A stretch of DNA of 64,000 nt, taken from the NCBI GenBank assembly GCA_029785825.1, contig JAFLYY010000001.1:649374-713373 (forward strand), in the 5' to 3' direction. Made by a program: the position numbers and the translations under genes. Positions within the stretch are counted from its first letter, which is position 1; each line of letters opens with the position of its first letter. This DNA comes from Nitrososphaerota archaeon (GTDB lineage Archaea; Thermoproteota; Nitrososphaeria; Nitrososphaerales; Gagatemarchaeaceae). Below, in pieces: positions 53,707 through 63,893 of this stretch. Under the pieces are notes generated by a model. The model saw only the letters and a program-made list of their open reading frames with translations, did no database searches and was not told the origin of the DNA.

Positions 53707-54057
53707 ATGACCCCCCTCGACGTCCTGAGGCTTGCGGACGTCCTGCTTCTGGCGCTCCCGATGGTCGCCGTCTCCGTCCTCCTCGTGCTGAAGACCCGCC
53801 AGATCAGGGAGCTGCAGAAGCGGTACAACATCCAGATGGCGATATTCAGGAACCTGATGGTGGTGGGATACCTGTTCCTTGCCGCCGGGTTCTTCTTCCT
53901 CGCGGAGGACGCGGCGGAGTGGTTGGGGCTGGACTACTACCAAGGGGTGGCCAGGATGGGGTTCCACGCGCTCTCCCTGGTCATAGTCGTCGCGGTGACC
54001 TTGAGCCTCTACCAGTACCACAGGCTCATGGCGGCGCCCCCTACCCCTGGCAGCTAA
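53707..54057 (+). CDS. Hypothetical membrane protein (3 TM)
   Basis: A 116-aa ORF with three hydrophobic helices. It starts 2 nt after upp. Confidence 0.5.
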   Translation: MTPLDVLRLADVLLLALPMVAVSVLLVLKTRQIRELQKRYNIQMAIFRNLMVVGYLFLAAGFFFLAEDAAEWLGLDYYQGVARMGFHALSLVIVVAVTLSLYQYHRLMAAPPTPGS

Positions 54058-54635
54058 GGAAGCTGCTTCCTCCGGAAGTACCCGACCCCCCGGAACAGGG
54101 TGGTCGGCCTCCCGATCTTCCCTCGCAGCTGCTCGGTGTCGACCATCCCTCCGGCCTTCAAGACGGTCAGGTGGTGCCTTACCGTGATGGGCTTCATCCC
54201 GATCTCCTTGGCTATCTGGTCGACGCTCATCGACTTCGTAGAGACAAGCTCTGCTATCCTGACCCTGGCGATGGCGGAGAGGGCCTTGTGGGCGTCGACG
54301 TTCCCCCAGGAGGAGGACATCAGGTCGAAGAGCTCGTCCAACTCGACCGTCCCCACTATGTTTCTGCCGTCGCTGACGTAGACCGTCCTGACCTTGGAAG
54401 TCCGGGCCACGTCTGCGACCTCCTTGAGTGATGCGCCCTCCATGACGACCGGGGCAGGACTGGACATCACTTCCGAGATCTTGGCGACGCCTGGCTGCTT
54501 TCCGGCCGCCAGGGCTCTCGCGAGGTCTATCATCCGCACCACCCCTATCGGACTCCCTCTGTCCCACACGAGGGCGTCAGTCCCATGCTCGGCTATCACA
54601 CGGACCGCGGCCTCCATCGGCTCGTCAGGGGCCAC
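54054..54635 (-). CDS. CBS-domain protein fused to an ArsR-type winged HTH
   Basis: CBS-like repeats are present (GVVRMIDLARAL; VGTVELDELFDLM). The C-terminal HTH is MSVDQIAKEIGMKPITVRHHLTVLKAGGMV. Confidence 0.65.
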   Translation of the reverse strand: MAPDEPMEAAVRVIAEHGTDALVWDRGSPIGVVRMIDLARALAAGKQPGVAKISEVMSSPAPVVMEGASLKEVADVARTSKVRTVYVSDGRNIVGTVELDELFDLMSSSWGNVDAHKALSAIARVRIAELVSTKSMSVDQIAKEIGMKPITVRHHLTVLKAGGMVDTEQLRGKIGRPTTLFRGVGYFRRKQLP

Positions 54636-54773
54636 TGTCTCGACGCTTGGGAGCGTTGCTGCTCAGCCCGGGGCTGCCAGATGCGCCGATGATATAAGCC
54701 AGACCGCCCCCCGTGGGGCTGGGCTGAGGCGACCAAGCGAGAGTCGCGGCCGTCTCGGCGGAGGGGCCGGCGG

Positions 54774-56531
54774 TCACCCGCTGACCCGCTTGACCTGCCC
54801 CTGATACATCTCCACTATCTCTTCTACGGTGGTCGCGTCCTCGGGGGCCTTGTCGTCCCTGTTCTTCCCTGTGTACTTGGGGAACCTGAGCGAGATCCCG
54901 GCCCCCTGCCTGACCCTTCCCATGGCCGCGGTGTGGACTGGAGAGAGCGTGAGCTCCGCCGCGATCACTTCGATCACAAGGTGGGGCCTGAACCAGACGT
55001 CCGGGACCATGTTCGACTCCACCCCGGGGGGCTTGACGCGGCTTTCGTAAGGTTCCAGGAGCCGAGGGAGCTTCTCCAGGTCCTGGTCGGAGAACCCGGT
55101 CCCCACCTTGGCGACGCTCGTGAAGACCCCCCGCTTCGAGTCGTAGGCGCCGAGCAGATACGTGCCGAAGGTCCCGGCCCTCCTCCCCCTCCCGTGGAAC
55201 CCGCCTATCACCACCAGGTCTATGGTGTCAGTGAGCTCGCTCCTGTATTCGCGCTTGAGCTTGATCCAGGCGAACTCCCTGGCGCCGGCCCTATAGGGGG
55301 AGTCCGGGTCCTTCACCACCAGGCCTTCGCACCCGTCAGTTATCGCGTCCTCCATGAACTTCTCCATCTCCCTTGGGCTGGAGGTGGATATCCGCGGGAC
55401 GGGCCGGGTCCGCGCGGTCTGCTCCACCACCTGCTCGAGCTTCTTCCTCCTGGCTGCGTAGGGCTTCCCTGTCAGGTCTGACGCCCCGGCCAGGAGGATG
55501 TCGAAGAAGTTCAGCGCCACAGGGTAGTCGGAAATCGCCTGCTCTACGCCGTACTTCCTCCTCCTGTGCATCAGCTCCTGGAAGGGGAGGTACTCGCCGG
55601 TGTCCTGGTTTATGGCGACCACCTCGGCTTCGAGGATGGCCCTCCGTGCTTTCACGTGCTCCCTGACGAGGTCGGCCGCGTCAGGATAGTGGGATGTGAC
55701 GACCTCGAGCCGCCTGGAAAAGAGCGCGACCTTGTTCCCATCCCGGTGGATCTGGAGCCGCTCCCCGTCGAGCTTGTACTCCGCTGCCACGGTCTTCCCC
55801 CCCATCTTCTCGACTATGGCCTCGGCTGACGAGAGCCTCTCGGCCAGCATCGGCCTTATGGGGACGCCGACCTCCGCTGACACCCCCTCGAGCCCCTTGA
55901 GCCCCTTCGCTGCGGCGCTGGCCACGATGAAACCCAGGTCAGGGTGGACGTTGTACGCGTGCTCGATGGGGCCCCGTGCCTCCTTCCCTCCCAGGAACGC
56001 CAGTGCGGACGCGTCGAGGACCGTGTAGTCGGCGACGCCGAGCCTGAGCTCCCCCGTGACCGTCCGCATGATGAACTTCGCCTCGAGGGGCGAAGCGTCG
56101 TTGAGCAGGGAGGCCAGCTCCCTCAGCTTCGCGTCCATAGACCCGGAGCCGCTCTGGCGGGCTATCCGCAGGAGCGTGTCGTAGACCCTCCGCAGGGTCA
56201 GCCCCTCGCTGAACAGCGTCCCCTGGTTCTTGCTCGTCAGGAGCTCCTCGGCCGCGGTCCCGATGTCGCCGTGCTTGACGTAGACGGCATAGACCCTGTC
56301 CTGGGAGAGGCCGGCGGCGTTGGCGAGCGCCCGGAGAGCGAGCTTCTCGGCCACCCCTAGCTCGACCCCCTCGTAGTCAGGGCGGAGCTTCCCTTGTGTC
56401 ATGTAAGCCAGGGAGGCGAGCTCGTCTTTCGGTGTAGACTTCAGCAGGTCGGCGAGGACCCTCGTGATCTCGTTCCTCCCGGATATGGCCTCCAGCTCGT
56501 CGTACTTCGAGGCGACCTCGGAGTAGTCCAA
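54774..56531 (-). CDS. lig: ATP-dependent DNA ligase
   Basis: The adenylation motif I EYKLDGERLQIH is present with an N-terminal DNA-binding domain and an OB domain in a 585-aa protein. Confidence 0.92.
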   Translation of the reverse strand: MDYSEVASKYDELEAISGRNEITRVLADLLKSTPKDELASLAYMTQGKLRPDYEGVELGVAEKLALRALANAAGLSQDRVYAVYVKHGDIGTAAEELLTSKNQGTLFSEGLTLRRVYDTLLRIARQSGSGSMDAKLRELASLLNDASPLEAKFIMRTVTGELRLGVADYTVLDASALAFLGGKEARGPIEHAYNVHPDLGFIVASAAAKGLKGLEGVSAEVGVPIRPMLAERLSSAEAIVEKMGGKTVAAEYKLDGERLQIHRDGNKVALFSRRLEVVTSHYPDAADLVREHVKARRAILEAEVVAINQDTGEYLPFQELMHRRRKYGVEQAISDYPVALNFFDILLAGASDLTGKPYAARRKKLEQVVEQTARTRPVPRISTSSPREMEKFMEDAITDGCEGLVVKDPDSPYRAGAREFAWIKLKREYRSELTDTIDLVVIGGFHGRGRRAGTFGTYLLGAYDSKRGVFTSVAKVGTGFSDQDLEKLPRLLEPYESRVKPPGVESNMVPDVWFRPHLVIEVIAAELTLSPVHTAAMGRVRQGAGISLRFPKYTGKNRDDKAPEDATTVEEIVEMYQGQVKRVSG

Positions 56532-56661
56532 TCGCGCTGGATGCGCCCCCCGTGCCTATCTCCCTATCGGTGCGGCCCCGGCGGACGCACGGAGGGTCCT
56601 GCATTTCCCCGCCGCCCGGAAAGCCTTAATTGCGATTGAAAGGGGTCTTCCTCAGATAAAC

Positions 56662-57000
56662 ATGGGCGGAGTGAAGAATAAGTCCCTGGCATCGATGGAG
56701 AAGTCGCAGGACTCCAGCGAGACGGCGCAGGGAGACGCCACTCAGACGAAGGGGAAGAAGACGAAGGAGAAGTCGGGGCCCCAGCAGAGGAAGCAGCTTT
56801 CGTTCCTCCCCGCGAAGCTGAGCGACGCGGACCTCCTGAAGACGTTGACCCCTCTGAAAGCGATCACGATATACTCCGCGTCGAGGGCCCTGGGAGTGAA
56901 CGCCTCCGTGGCTTCCGGGGTGATAAAGGGGCTCGAGGCCAAGGGTTCCCTGAAGCGGAGAGGCGGTTTCAGCGGACACGGCGTCTGGTCTACGAAGTAG
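56662..57000 (+). CDS. rps25e: 30S ribosomal protein S25e
   Basis: A Lys-rich N terminus is followed by the wHTH-like ITIYSASRALGVNASVASGVIKGLEAKGSL, as in eS25. Confidence 0.7.
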   Translation: MGGVKNKSLASMEKSQDSSETAQGDATQTKGKKTKEKSGPQQRKQLSFLPAKLSDADLLKTLTPLKAITIYSASRALGVNASVASGVIKGLEAKGSLKRRGGFSGHGVWSTK

Positions 57001-57409
57001 TTTCTTCTTTATTTGCGGCGAGGGACACTTTCACCACGTCTCCCGACCTGACCGCGTCGAGCCTTTCCAGCCCTGATTCCATCTTCCCAAGCGGGTTCAG
57101 GGGCCGGTCGCTCCTGGCGTCCCCTAGGAAGACGCAGACGAGCCCTCCGGACGGGAGGAAGGCGACGTCCCCCCTGGTGAACTGGCTCCGGGGCTTTTCT
57201 ACCCCGACCTGGATCTGGGAAAACAGGCAGACCATCGGCGGCTGGACGGATGCCCTGCTAGCGAGAGGGAGGGTGCGGAGGAAGGCGTTCACGGTGAGAG
57301 GGGCGAGGTGGCGGTAGAGGGACATGGTCCCTTCGTCCTTCGCTCCGACGGAGACGATGCACTCGACCTTCGACACCGAGCCCGCGGCCGCGGGGGTTTC
57401 CGTAGTCAT
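56990..57409 (-). CDS. Cyclophilin-like-fold protein (uncharacterised family)
   Basis: A 139-aa ORF from ATG 57409. LAPLTVNAFLRTLPL...RGDVAFLPSGGLVCVFLGD resembles the cyclophilin-like DUF fold. This call is tentative. Confidence 0.4.
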   Translation of the reverse strand: MTTETPAAAGSVSKVECIVSVGAKDEGTMSLYRHLAPLTVNAFLRTLPLASRASVQPPMVCLFSQIQVGVEKPRSQFTRGDVAFLPSGGLVCVFLGDARSDRPLNPLGKMESGLERLDAVRSGDVVKVSLAANKEETTS

Positions 57410-57539
57410 CTGGGGAGCCCCGGCCGGCGGTCTTAATCTGCTTTGAGCTGGTGCGGAGGACCGACCGCAGACTACCCAGAACCGCCACAGGAAAGACTTA
57501 TGTTCCGACCCAGTCGGGCGAGACCAACTCCTGGTCCCC

Positions 57540-57827
57540 TTGTCCCCAACTAAGACCGTCAGGAAGTCGAGACAGCCGTCGCTTACAGGTTTTGAGGTCA
57601 AGATAGGCCCCCCGAAGCTCACCCGTTTCGAAAGGGCGCGGATAGTCGGCGCGAGGTCGCTTCAGCTCGCCATGGGCGCCCCGGCTTTCGTACCACTGGA
57701 AGGGGCGTACAAGGGGCCGATAGCGACCGCGATGCTCGAGCTGGAAGCTGACGCGCTCCCCATCTCCATCCGAAGGTCGCTCCCCAACGGCCTTACCCAG
57801 GACATCCCCATCAAGGCGCTCGCCTAG
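57540..57827 (+). CDS. rpoK: DNA-directed RNA polymerase subunit K (Rpo6)
   Basis: The LTRFERARIVGARSLQLAMGAP signature is present. The start is TTG. Confidence 0.85.
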   Translation: MSPTKTVRKSRQPSLTGFEVKIGPPKLTRFERARIVGARSLQLAMGAPAFVPLEGAYKGPIATAMLELEADALPISIRRSLPNGLTQDIPIKALA

Positions 57828-57838
57828 CCGGGGACGAC

Positions 57839-58756
57839 GTGGTGCCCCGCAGAGCCGTCTTCGCGACAGAGCAGCTCCCTCCCGTTGCCAGAGAGATTCT
57901 CAAGGAATACGACCTTTTCGAGGTCGAAGCCGACGGCGCGTCGCTCGCGAAGTGCGAGGCGCTGATCTGCTGGCCCCACAGGGTGAAGCCGGAGCTCATC
58001 AGGAAGATGACCGCCCTGAAGATGATCCAGGCGATGTCGGCAGGGGTCGACAGCTTCGACTTCGCGTCCCTCCCGCCCGGGGTGACCGTCTACTCCAACG
58101 CCGGCGCGTTCGCGGAGTCTGTGGGCGAGCACGCCTGGGGGGTCCTCCTGGGGGTCGCGAAGGGGGTGCACCTCCGCAACCAGAGGTCCGCGCCCCGGAA
58201 GCTGCGGGGGAAGACCCTCCTGGTGGTGGGCGCCGGAGCCATCGGGTCCGAGGTAGCCAGGCTGTCAAAGTCCCTGGGGATGAAGACGGTCGGGATCTCC
58301 AGGTCTTTCCGGGACCCTGGCGCTTTCGACGAGAGGGCGCCGCTCTCCTCGCTGGCGGATAAGCTGGGGGAGGCGGACGCGGTGGTGATGGCCCTACCGC
58401 TCACCAGAGAGACGCGGGGGCTCGTGACCTACGACCTCCTTTCGAGGACGAAGGACGGCGTCATCCTCGTCAACGTCGGGCGGGGGGAGAGCATCCAGGA
58501 GGAAGGGACGCTCCGCTGGCTGAAAGAGAGGCCGGAAAGCAGGTTCGCGACCGATGTCTTCTGGGACAGAGAAGGGAGGGAGTCGTTCGACACGCCCGCT
58601 TGGGACCTTCCCAACTTCGCAGGGACCCTGCACGTCTCGGGGGTCCCCCTCGGAGACGACCTGACGGGGGTGAGGGTGGCGGCCGCCAAGAACGTGAAGA
58701 GCTTCTTCGAGACAGGAAACGCAGCCAACCGGACAGACCCGGCGGAATACCTCTGA
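57839..58756 (+). CDS. D-isomer-specific 2-hydroxyacid dehydrogenase family protein
   Basis: The NAD-binding motif GKTLLVVGAGAIGSEVARL and the catalytic-domain NVGRGESI are present. Confidence 0.8.
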   Translation: MVPRRAVFATEQLPPVAREILKEYDLFEVEADGASLAKCEALICWPHRVKPELIRKMTALKMIQAMSAGVDSFDFASLPPGVTVYSNAGAFAESVGEHAWGVLLGVAKGVHLRNQRSAPRKLRGKTLLVVGAGAIGSEVARLSKSLGMKTVGISRSFRDPGAFDERAPLSSLADKLGEADAVVMALPLTRETRGLVTYDLLSRTKDGVILVNVGRGESIQEEGTLRWLKERPESRFATDVFWDREGRESFDTPAWDLPNFAGTLHVSGVPLGDDLTGVRVAAAKNVKSFFETGNAANRTDPAEYL

Positions 58757-58880
58757 CCGCGGCCGCACCCCCTTCCGAAGGCCCGCACGGGGCCCTGGGC
58801 CGTTCGGGGCGGGTCCCATGAGACGCCTAGGCAGTGGTTAAATACGCGGTGCCGGGCCCGTGCCGAACAAGGTCAGCCAT

Positions 58881-59246
58881 ATGCCAAAAAAGAAATCCGA
58901 CACGAACGCGTCAGAGGGACACAAGGCCACTGAACAGGCCGCAACACCAGCACATCAGAGCACGCCAACCCAGAGGACCGCACCGTTGAACCACATCTTC
59001 GTGGGTCAGAAGCCTGTGATGAACTACGCCATGAGCGCACTCATCCAGCTCGCCCAGGCAGGAGAGGTGACGGTGAAGGCCAGAGGGATGGCGATCAGCA
59101 GAGCAGTCGATGTGGCAGAAATCGTCACCAAGAGGCTGGGGAACGGCCAGTTCAAAGTCAAGGACATCGGCATAAGCACCGAGGTCGTTGGCGAAGGCGC
59201 CGAAACACGGAACATCTCCTCGATCGAGATAGTCGTCGGCAAGTAA
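58881..59246 (+). CDS. albA: Chromatin/RNA-binding protein Alba with N-terminal low-complexity extension
   Basis: The Alba core is NHIFVGQKPVMNYAMSALIQL..VTVKARGMAISRAVDVAEIV..ISSIEIVV. ATG 58881 lies about 40 nt downstream of TTAAATA (58838-58844). Confidence 0.85.
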   Translation: MPKKKSDTNASEGHKATEQAATPAHQSTPTQRTAPLNHIFVGQKPVMNYAMSALIQLAQAGEVTVKARGMAISRAVDVAEIVTKRLGNGQFKVKDIGISTEVVGEGAETRNISSIEIVVGK

Positions 59247-59285
59247 CAAGAGCAACCCATCCAATCCTGGTTTGGTAAGGAGAGG

Positions 59286-59558
59286 TCAGCGGAAGCTCTG
59301 GCCGGCTGCTGGAGCGCTCGCAAGCAGGGCGAGCTTGTCTGACCTCCCCAGTTTCTTTATCTCCGCCTCCCGCTCCAGCGCCCTTCCCCGGCTCTCTGCG
59401 GGCTCGGAAAAGGCGAGCCTGACCGGTCTCCGACCGCGGGTGTACTTCGCCCCTCGCCCCGAATTGTGCTCTTCGACCCTCCTCGCCAGGTCGGTGGTGA
59501 CCCCAGTGTACAGAGTCCCGTCGGCGCACCTGACGATGTACACGTAGTATGGAGCCAC
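59286..59558 (-). CDS. GIY-YIG domain protein (UPF0213/YhbQ-like)
   Basis: YYVYIVRCADGTLYTGVTTDLARRVEEHNSG is present. GTG 59558 gives 90 aa. Confidence 0.75.
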   Translation of the reverse strand: MAPYYVYIVRCADGTLYTGVTTDLARRVEEHNSGRGAKYTRGRRPVRLAFSEPAESRGRALEREAEIKKLGRSDKLALLASAPAAGQSFR

Positions 59559-59718
59559 GCACCCCCTGCGAAGACTCCGACTAAAGGACAGTCTCGACGC
59601 CGGCTCCCGGTCGCGCCGGTGCGCTAGCCGATTATTTTTTGCGCACGGGTCGCAATATTTTCCGAGCGCCGGGGATAAAGTTATAAGAGAAAATTCTCGG
59701 CGGTCGAGCAACAAAAAG

Positions 59719-61038
59719 TTGGTCGACACTCGCACGCAGCCCGTCTCGCGGTCGGGCGTTGCGGCGCCGAGGTTTGCTGACGGGGATCTCTACAGCCTAG
59801 CAGAGAAGCACGGCACCCCGTACTTCCTGATAGACGAGGCGACCCTGAGGAGGAAGGTCTCCGAGATGGAACAAGGCTTCAGCGAATACAAGGGGGTGTT
59901 CAGGGTCGCGTACTCGGTGAAGGCGAACTTCAACCCCTCGGTGATAAGGACGTTCGCGAGCGAGGGGATACTCTTCGACCTCACCGCCCCCAGCGAAGTC
60001 GTCTTCGTGCAGAAGGCAGGAGGCTCGGCCGAGAACGTGATGTACACCAGCATCACCGAGACAGAGGAGGAGTACGAGCAGGTGCTGAAGATGGGGGTGC
60101 GGAAGATCGTGGTGGCGAGCCACACCGGGTACCTCAACCTGGCGGAGGCGGCCGCCAAGCTGAACGTGACGGTCAGCGCGATGATCAGAGTGAACCCCGA
60201 GGTCCACGTGCACGCCGAGCTCCGCGGGTCCATGGGCCACGGGAAGTTCGGGCTCCAGTTCAACGGAGGGAGCCAGGACAGCGCCCTGGTCGTCCTGAAG
60301 AAGATCCTCGCGACGCCACTGCTGAACTTCGAAGGGTTCCACTTCCACCTAGGGAGCCAGATCGAGGACCCGTCCTGCTACGCGGAGGCGATAGAGAAGC
60401 TCGAGGCGTTCATACTGGGCGCCAGGAGGCAGCTCGGAGAGTTCAGGGTCAACACCCTCGACATCGGAGGGGGTCTCCCGGTCCCCTACGGGAAGAAGGT
60501 GCCGTCCCCCAAGGACCTCGGAGGCAAGATAACCGGACAGCTCAACAGCCTTGTGGAAAGCATCGGGGACAGGTTCACGCTTGTCGCGGAGAGCGGGAGG
60601 TTCCTCACGGCAGAGTCGACGGTGCTTGTGACGCGGGTGGTCAACATGAAGAGCTTCGGAGAGACGAAGTACATCTATGTCGACGCAGGTTACAACGTCC
60701 TCCTCGACTCTGCGCTGCTCAGGCACGAGTACCCGGTGGACGTCGTCCCCGGAGGGAAGCCGTCCCCGCAGAAGGTCGCCCTGGTCGGGAGGCTCTGCGA
60801 CCCGCTCGACGTCTTCCCGATCTCCAGCCGGTCGAAGCTCGGAGGGGCGGAGCTCGGGAAGCTGGTCGTCTTCCGCGAAGTCGGAGCGTACTCTCTGGTC
60901 ATGAACATGCCGTTCCACAGCCAGCCGAGGCCCCCGGTCCTGATGCGAGGGAGCCAGGGGAGCTACTCGGTGGCCCGGAAGGGGCAGGACGTAGAGCGGC
61001 TCTTCGCCGACGAAGGCGGAGACTGCCTCCCGAACTGA
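59719..61038 (+). CDS. Fold-III PLP-dependent decarboxylase (Orn/DAP/Arg decarboxylase family)
   Basis: TPYFLIDE is present, the PLP Lys context is VAYSVKAN, and GGGLPVPY is followed by a C-terminal beta-barrel. The substrate was not determined. Confidence 0.8.
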   Translation: MVDTRTQPVSRSGVAAPRFADGDLYSLAEKHGTPYFLIDEATLRRKVSEMEQGFSEYKGVFRVAYSVKANFNPSVIRTFASEGILFDLTAPSEVVFVQKAGGSAENVMYTSITETEEEYEQVLKMGVRKIVVASHTGYLNLAEAAAKLNVTVSAMIRVNPEVHVHAELRGSMGHGKFGLQFNGGSQDSALVVLKKILATPLLNFEGFHFHLGSQIEDPSCYAEAIEKLEAFILGARRQLGEFRVNTLDIGGGLPVPYGKKVPSPKDLGGKITGQLNSLVESIGDRFTLVAESGRFLTAESTVLVTRVVNMKSFGETKYIYVDAGYNVLLDSALLRHEYPVDVVPGGKPSPQKVALVGRLCDPLDVFPISSRSKLGGAELGKLVVFREVGAYSLVMNMPFHSQPRPPVLMRGSQGSYSVARKGQDVERLFADEGGDCLPN

Positions 61039-61130
61039 GTCTTCAGCCACCGGACCGGGGCGGCCCGGGAGAGGCTCTCTTTCGGCCTTGGGCGAACTGA
61101 AATATCCGCCGCCCGGGGGCTGCGGTAGAA

Positions 61131-61697
61131 GTGACACTGGAAGTCATAGTCGGGCCGATGTTTTCAGGCAAGACGTCCGAGTTGATCAGGCTGGTAGAGC
61201 GCGAGGTCTACGCCAAGAAGAAGGGGGCGATATTCAAGGTCGACTTCGACAGGCGGTACAGCGAGAAGGAGGTCGTCACCCACAACGGGCTCAGGTACGA
61301 CGCCTATTCGATATCTTCTTCGGACGAAGGGGTGAAGAAGATCGAAGAGGCAGCAGAGTCCAACGGCCTCGACGCCATAGGGGTCGACGAAGTGAACTTC
61401 TTCCCGGAAGCGATCGTGAAGGTCCTCGACGGCCTCGCCGACCGGAGGAGGGTGATCGCGTGCGGACTGAACCTGGATTTCCGGGCCGAGCCGTTCCGGA
61501 CCACGATGGAGCTGGCAGCCAGGGCCGACCGGGTGAGGTACCTCAGCGCAGTCTGCGTGGTCTGCGGGCAGGAGGCCACCAGGACGCAGAGGCTCGTGGG
61601 CGGCAAGCCTGCCCCCAAGGGCTCCCCGGTGATCGCCGTCGGCGGGAAGGAGATGTACGAGCCCAGATGCAGGAAGTGCTACGCCCCCCCGACGTGA
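61131..61697 (+). CDS. tdk: Thymidine kinase
   Basis: The P-loop GPMFSGKTSE and the zinc ligands CVVCG..CRKC are present. The start is GTG. Confidence 0.9.
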   Translation: MTLEVIVGPMFSGKTSELIRLVEREVYAKKKGAIFKVDFDRRYSEKEVVTHNGLRYDAYSISSSDEGVKKIEEAAESNGLDAIGVDEVNFFPEAIVKVLDGLADRRRVIACGLNLDFRAEPFRTTMELAARADRVRYLSAVCVVCGQEATRTQRLVGGKPAPKGSPVIAVGGKEMYEPRCRKCYAPPT

Positions 61698-61751
61698 CCG
61701 CCGTTAGAACTCTTGATAACACCCGCAGGCGGGTCCATGAGGGCGTAGCTT

Positions 61752-62522
61752 TTGGCGCACCAGCCCAAGGACGAAGAGGGGAGGCCGTATCACGTCAGGT
61801 TGTCGAAGGCAGATGTCGGAAGGGTGGCCCTCCTCCCGGGGGACCCGGGGCGGGTCCCGCTCATCGCAGAGCGCCTCGACGGCGCCAGGGAGCTTAACTC
61901 CAACAGGGAGTACGTCGCCTACGGCGGGGCGACGGGAGGGGAGAAGGTGGTGGTCATGAGCACAGGCATCGGCGGGCCTTCGACCGCCATCGCCGTCGAA
62001 GAGCTGGCGCGACTGGGGGTCGAGGTGATGATACGGGTCGGCACCTGCGGTGCCATCCAGCCTGCCCTGAAGCTGGGGTCGCTGGTCGTCGCGGATTCGG
62101 CCGTCAGGATGGACGGCACCAGCCGCCAGTACATCATGGACGGGTACCCTGCGGCGGCAACTCCGGGGGTGGTCATGGCGCTGGCGGAAGCTGCCGCGTC
62201 CCTTCACAAGAAGGCGGCAGTGGGGGTCTCGGCCTCGACCGACTCGTTCTACGTGGGCCAGGGGAGAGAGGGGTTCGGCGGATACCTCCCCTCCGACAAA
62301 GCGCGCGTAGTGGAAGACCTCCGGGCGGCGAAGGTCCTCTGCTTCGAGATGGAAGCGGCCACGCTGTTCACCCTGGGGAGGCTGTTCGGACTCAAGACAG
62401 GGGCCGTCTTCGCGGTGATAGCCAACCGCGCGACGGACGAGCTCGGCCACGACGTCGGGGTGGACGACGCGATAGAAGTGGCGCTCGCCGGGGTAAGGGG
62501 CCTGAAGAAACACTCCGTCTAA
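61752..62522 (+). CDS. Uridine/purine nucleoside phosphorylase (PNP/UDP family 1)
   Basis: LLPGDPGRV, MSTGIGGPS, VRVGTCGA and EMEAATLF are present. Confidence 0.82.
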   Translation: MAHQPKDEEGRPYHVRLSKADVGRVALLPGDPGRVPLIAERLDGARELNSNREYVAYGGATGGEKVVVMSTGIGGPSTAIAVEELARLGVEVMIRVGTCGAIQPALKLGSLVVADSAVRMDGTSRQYIMDGYPAAATPGVVMALAEAAASLHKKAAVGVSASTDSFYVGQGREGFGGYLPSDKARVVEDLRAAKVLCFEMEAATLFTLGRLFGLKTGAVFAVIANRATDELGHDVGVDDAIEVALAGVRGLKKHSV

Positions 62523-63739
62523 GGGGCCAGGACAACCCCGAGCACGTCCCGGCCCATCATGTGTCCGAGGGAGCCGCGCTTGGCGTCGGCCTCCGTGAAC
62601 CTCCTCCCGTCCCCCTTCTCGGAGGTCACGAGCAGCGGGAAGGGGTCGTCGGAGTGCATCTTGATCGTGCAGGGAGTGCTGTGGTCGCAGGAGACCCCCA
62701 GGCGAAGGCCCTCCAGCTTCCCGGCCACGGAGAAGAAGTCCCTGTCGATCTCCTCGATGCTCCTCTTCTTCCCCCGGGCGTCGCCGTCGTGCCCGAACTC
62801 ATCGGGCCCCTTGATGTGAACGTAGACCAGCCCCCCCTCGCGCGCAGCCGACGCGAACAGCGACGCTTTCTCCCGCAGGTCGCGCCTGTCCTTTATCGGG
62901 ACCATGGTCATCCCGAGGAGCTTCGCGATCCCGACCTCTGCCGGCATCTCCACCAGCGCGGTCCCCTTGCGCCCGTACTTCTCCTCGAAGGACTGGAGCA
63001 CGGGGATGTGGTCGCCTGCGTCGCGGAGGAGGACGCAGTTGGCCGGGAGCTTGCCAGCCTCCGCCCTCTCGGCGTTGACCTCGCTCTTCTGAAGCGCCCT
63101 GGCAGCCTTGGCAGCGAACTCGTTGACCAACTCGGCGGCCCTCGCCGCGCCCGCGTCCCTGGTCTCAGGGACGCTCTTCGCCACCCGGTCCGTCCCCTTG
63201 GTCTCCTTGGCCGCCCCGAACCCGCCGACCCTCGAGTACGCCGGGTCCGTGTTCGAGATCATTGCCGAGAGAGGGCGGCCGGCCCTGATCACGAGCACGC
63301 CGCGGTAGGACACGGTCGCCCTGAAATCGAACTCGGCGCCGGCGAGCGACACCCGGCTGATGTCCTTGGCGAGGCGCTCCGCTTCGTCCTGGGTCAGGTC
63401 CCGCCCCGCCCTCCTGTCGACTATCACGTCCCCCCTCGCGGACGCCAGGTTCGCCCGCAGAGCCAGGTACCCGTCCTTCATCTCCATCCCCGAGCCCACC
63501 GCCTCCACCACTCCCCTCCCGGGGTAACCCGCGCCGAAGGAGTATCCGAGCATGCTGAAGACCGCTATGTCAGACTCCGGGGCTATCCCCTTCCCGACCG
63601 AAGTGACCGTCCCCAGCCTAGACCTCGAGGCTATCCTGTCGAGGTTTGGGGTGTACGCACCCTGCAGCGGGGTGACGAAGTTGAGCCCCGGGACGGGCCT
63701 GTCGCCGCACCCGTCGAGGAGGACATATCCGGCCTTCAA
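62519..63739 (-). CDS. apgM: Cofactor-independent phosphoglycerate mutase, archaeal type
   Basis: TTG 63739 gives MKAGYVLLDGCGDRP... HIKGPDEFGHDGD is present. The protein is 406 aa. Confidence 0.8.
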   Translation of the reverse strand: MKAGYVLLDGCGDRPVPGLNFVTPLQGAYTPNLDRIASRSRLGTVTSVGKGIAPESDIAVFSMLGYSFGAGYPGRGVVEAVGSGMEMKDGYLALRANLASARGDVIVDRRAGRDLTQDEAERLAKDISRVSLAGAEFDFRATVSYRGVLVIRAGRPLSAMISNTDPAYSRVGGFGAAKETKGTDRVAKSVPETRDAGAARAAELVNEFAAKAARALQKSEVNAERAEAGKLPANCVLLRDAGDHIPVLQSFEEKYGRKGTALVEMPAEVGIAKLLGMTMVPIKDRRDLREKASLFASAAREGGLVYVHIKGPDEFGHDGDARGKKRSIEEIDRDFFSVAGKLEGLRLGVSCDHSTPCTIKMHSDDPFPLLVTSEKGDGRRFTEADAKRGSLGHMMGRDVLGVVLAP

Positions 63740-63893
63740 GCTCCCGGGACAGGGGCGCCGCGGGTCCCCATTTGTCCCTTTCCCAGATCCCGGCAGAGCG
63801 TCTCGGCGCCTGGCCGCGGCGCGGAGAGATCCGGTTTCCGGCCCGTCCGCCTCCAAAGGCTAATATCGTGTCAGGGGCGCCGCAGGCGCGCCT

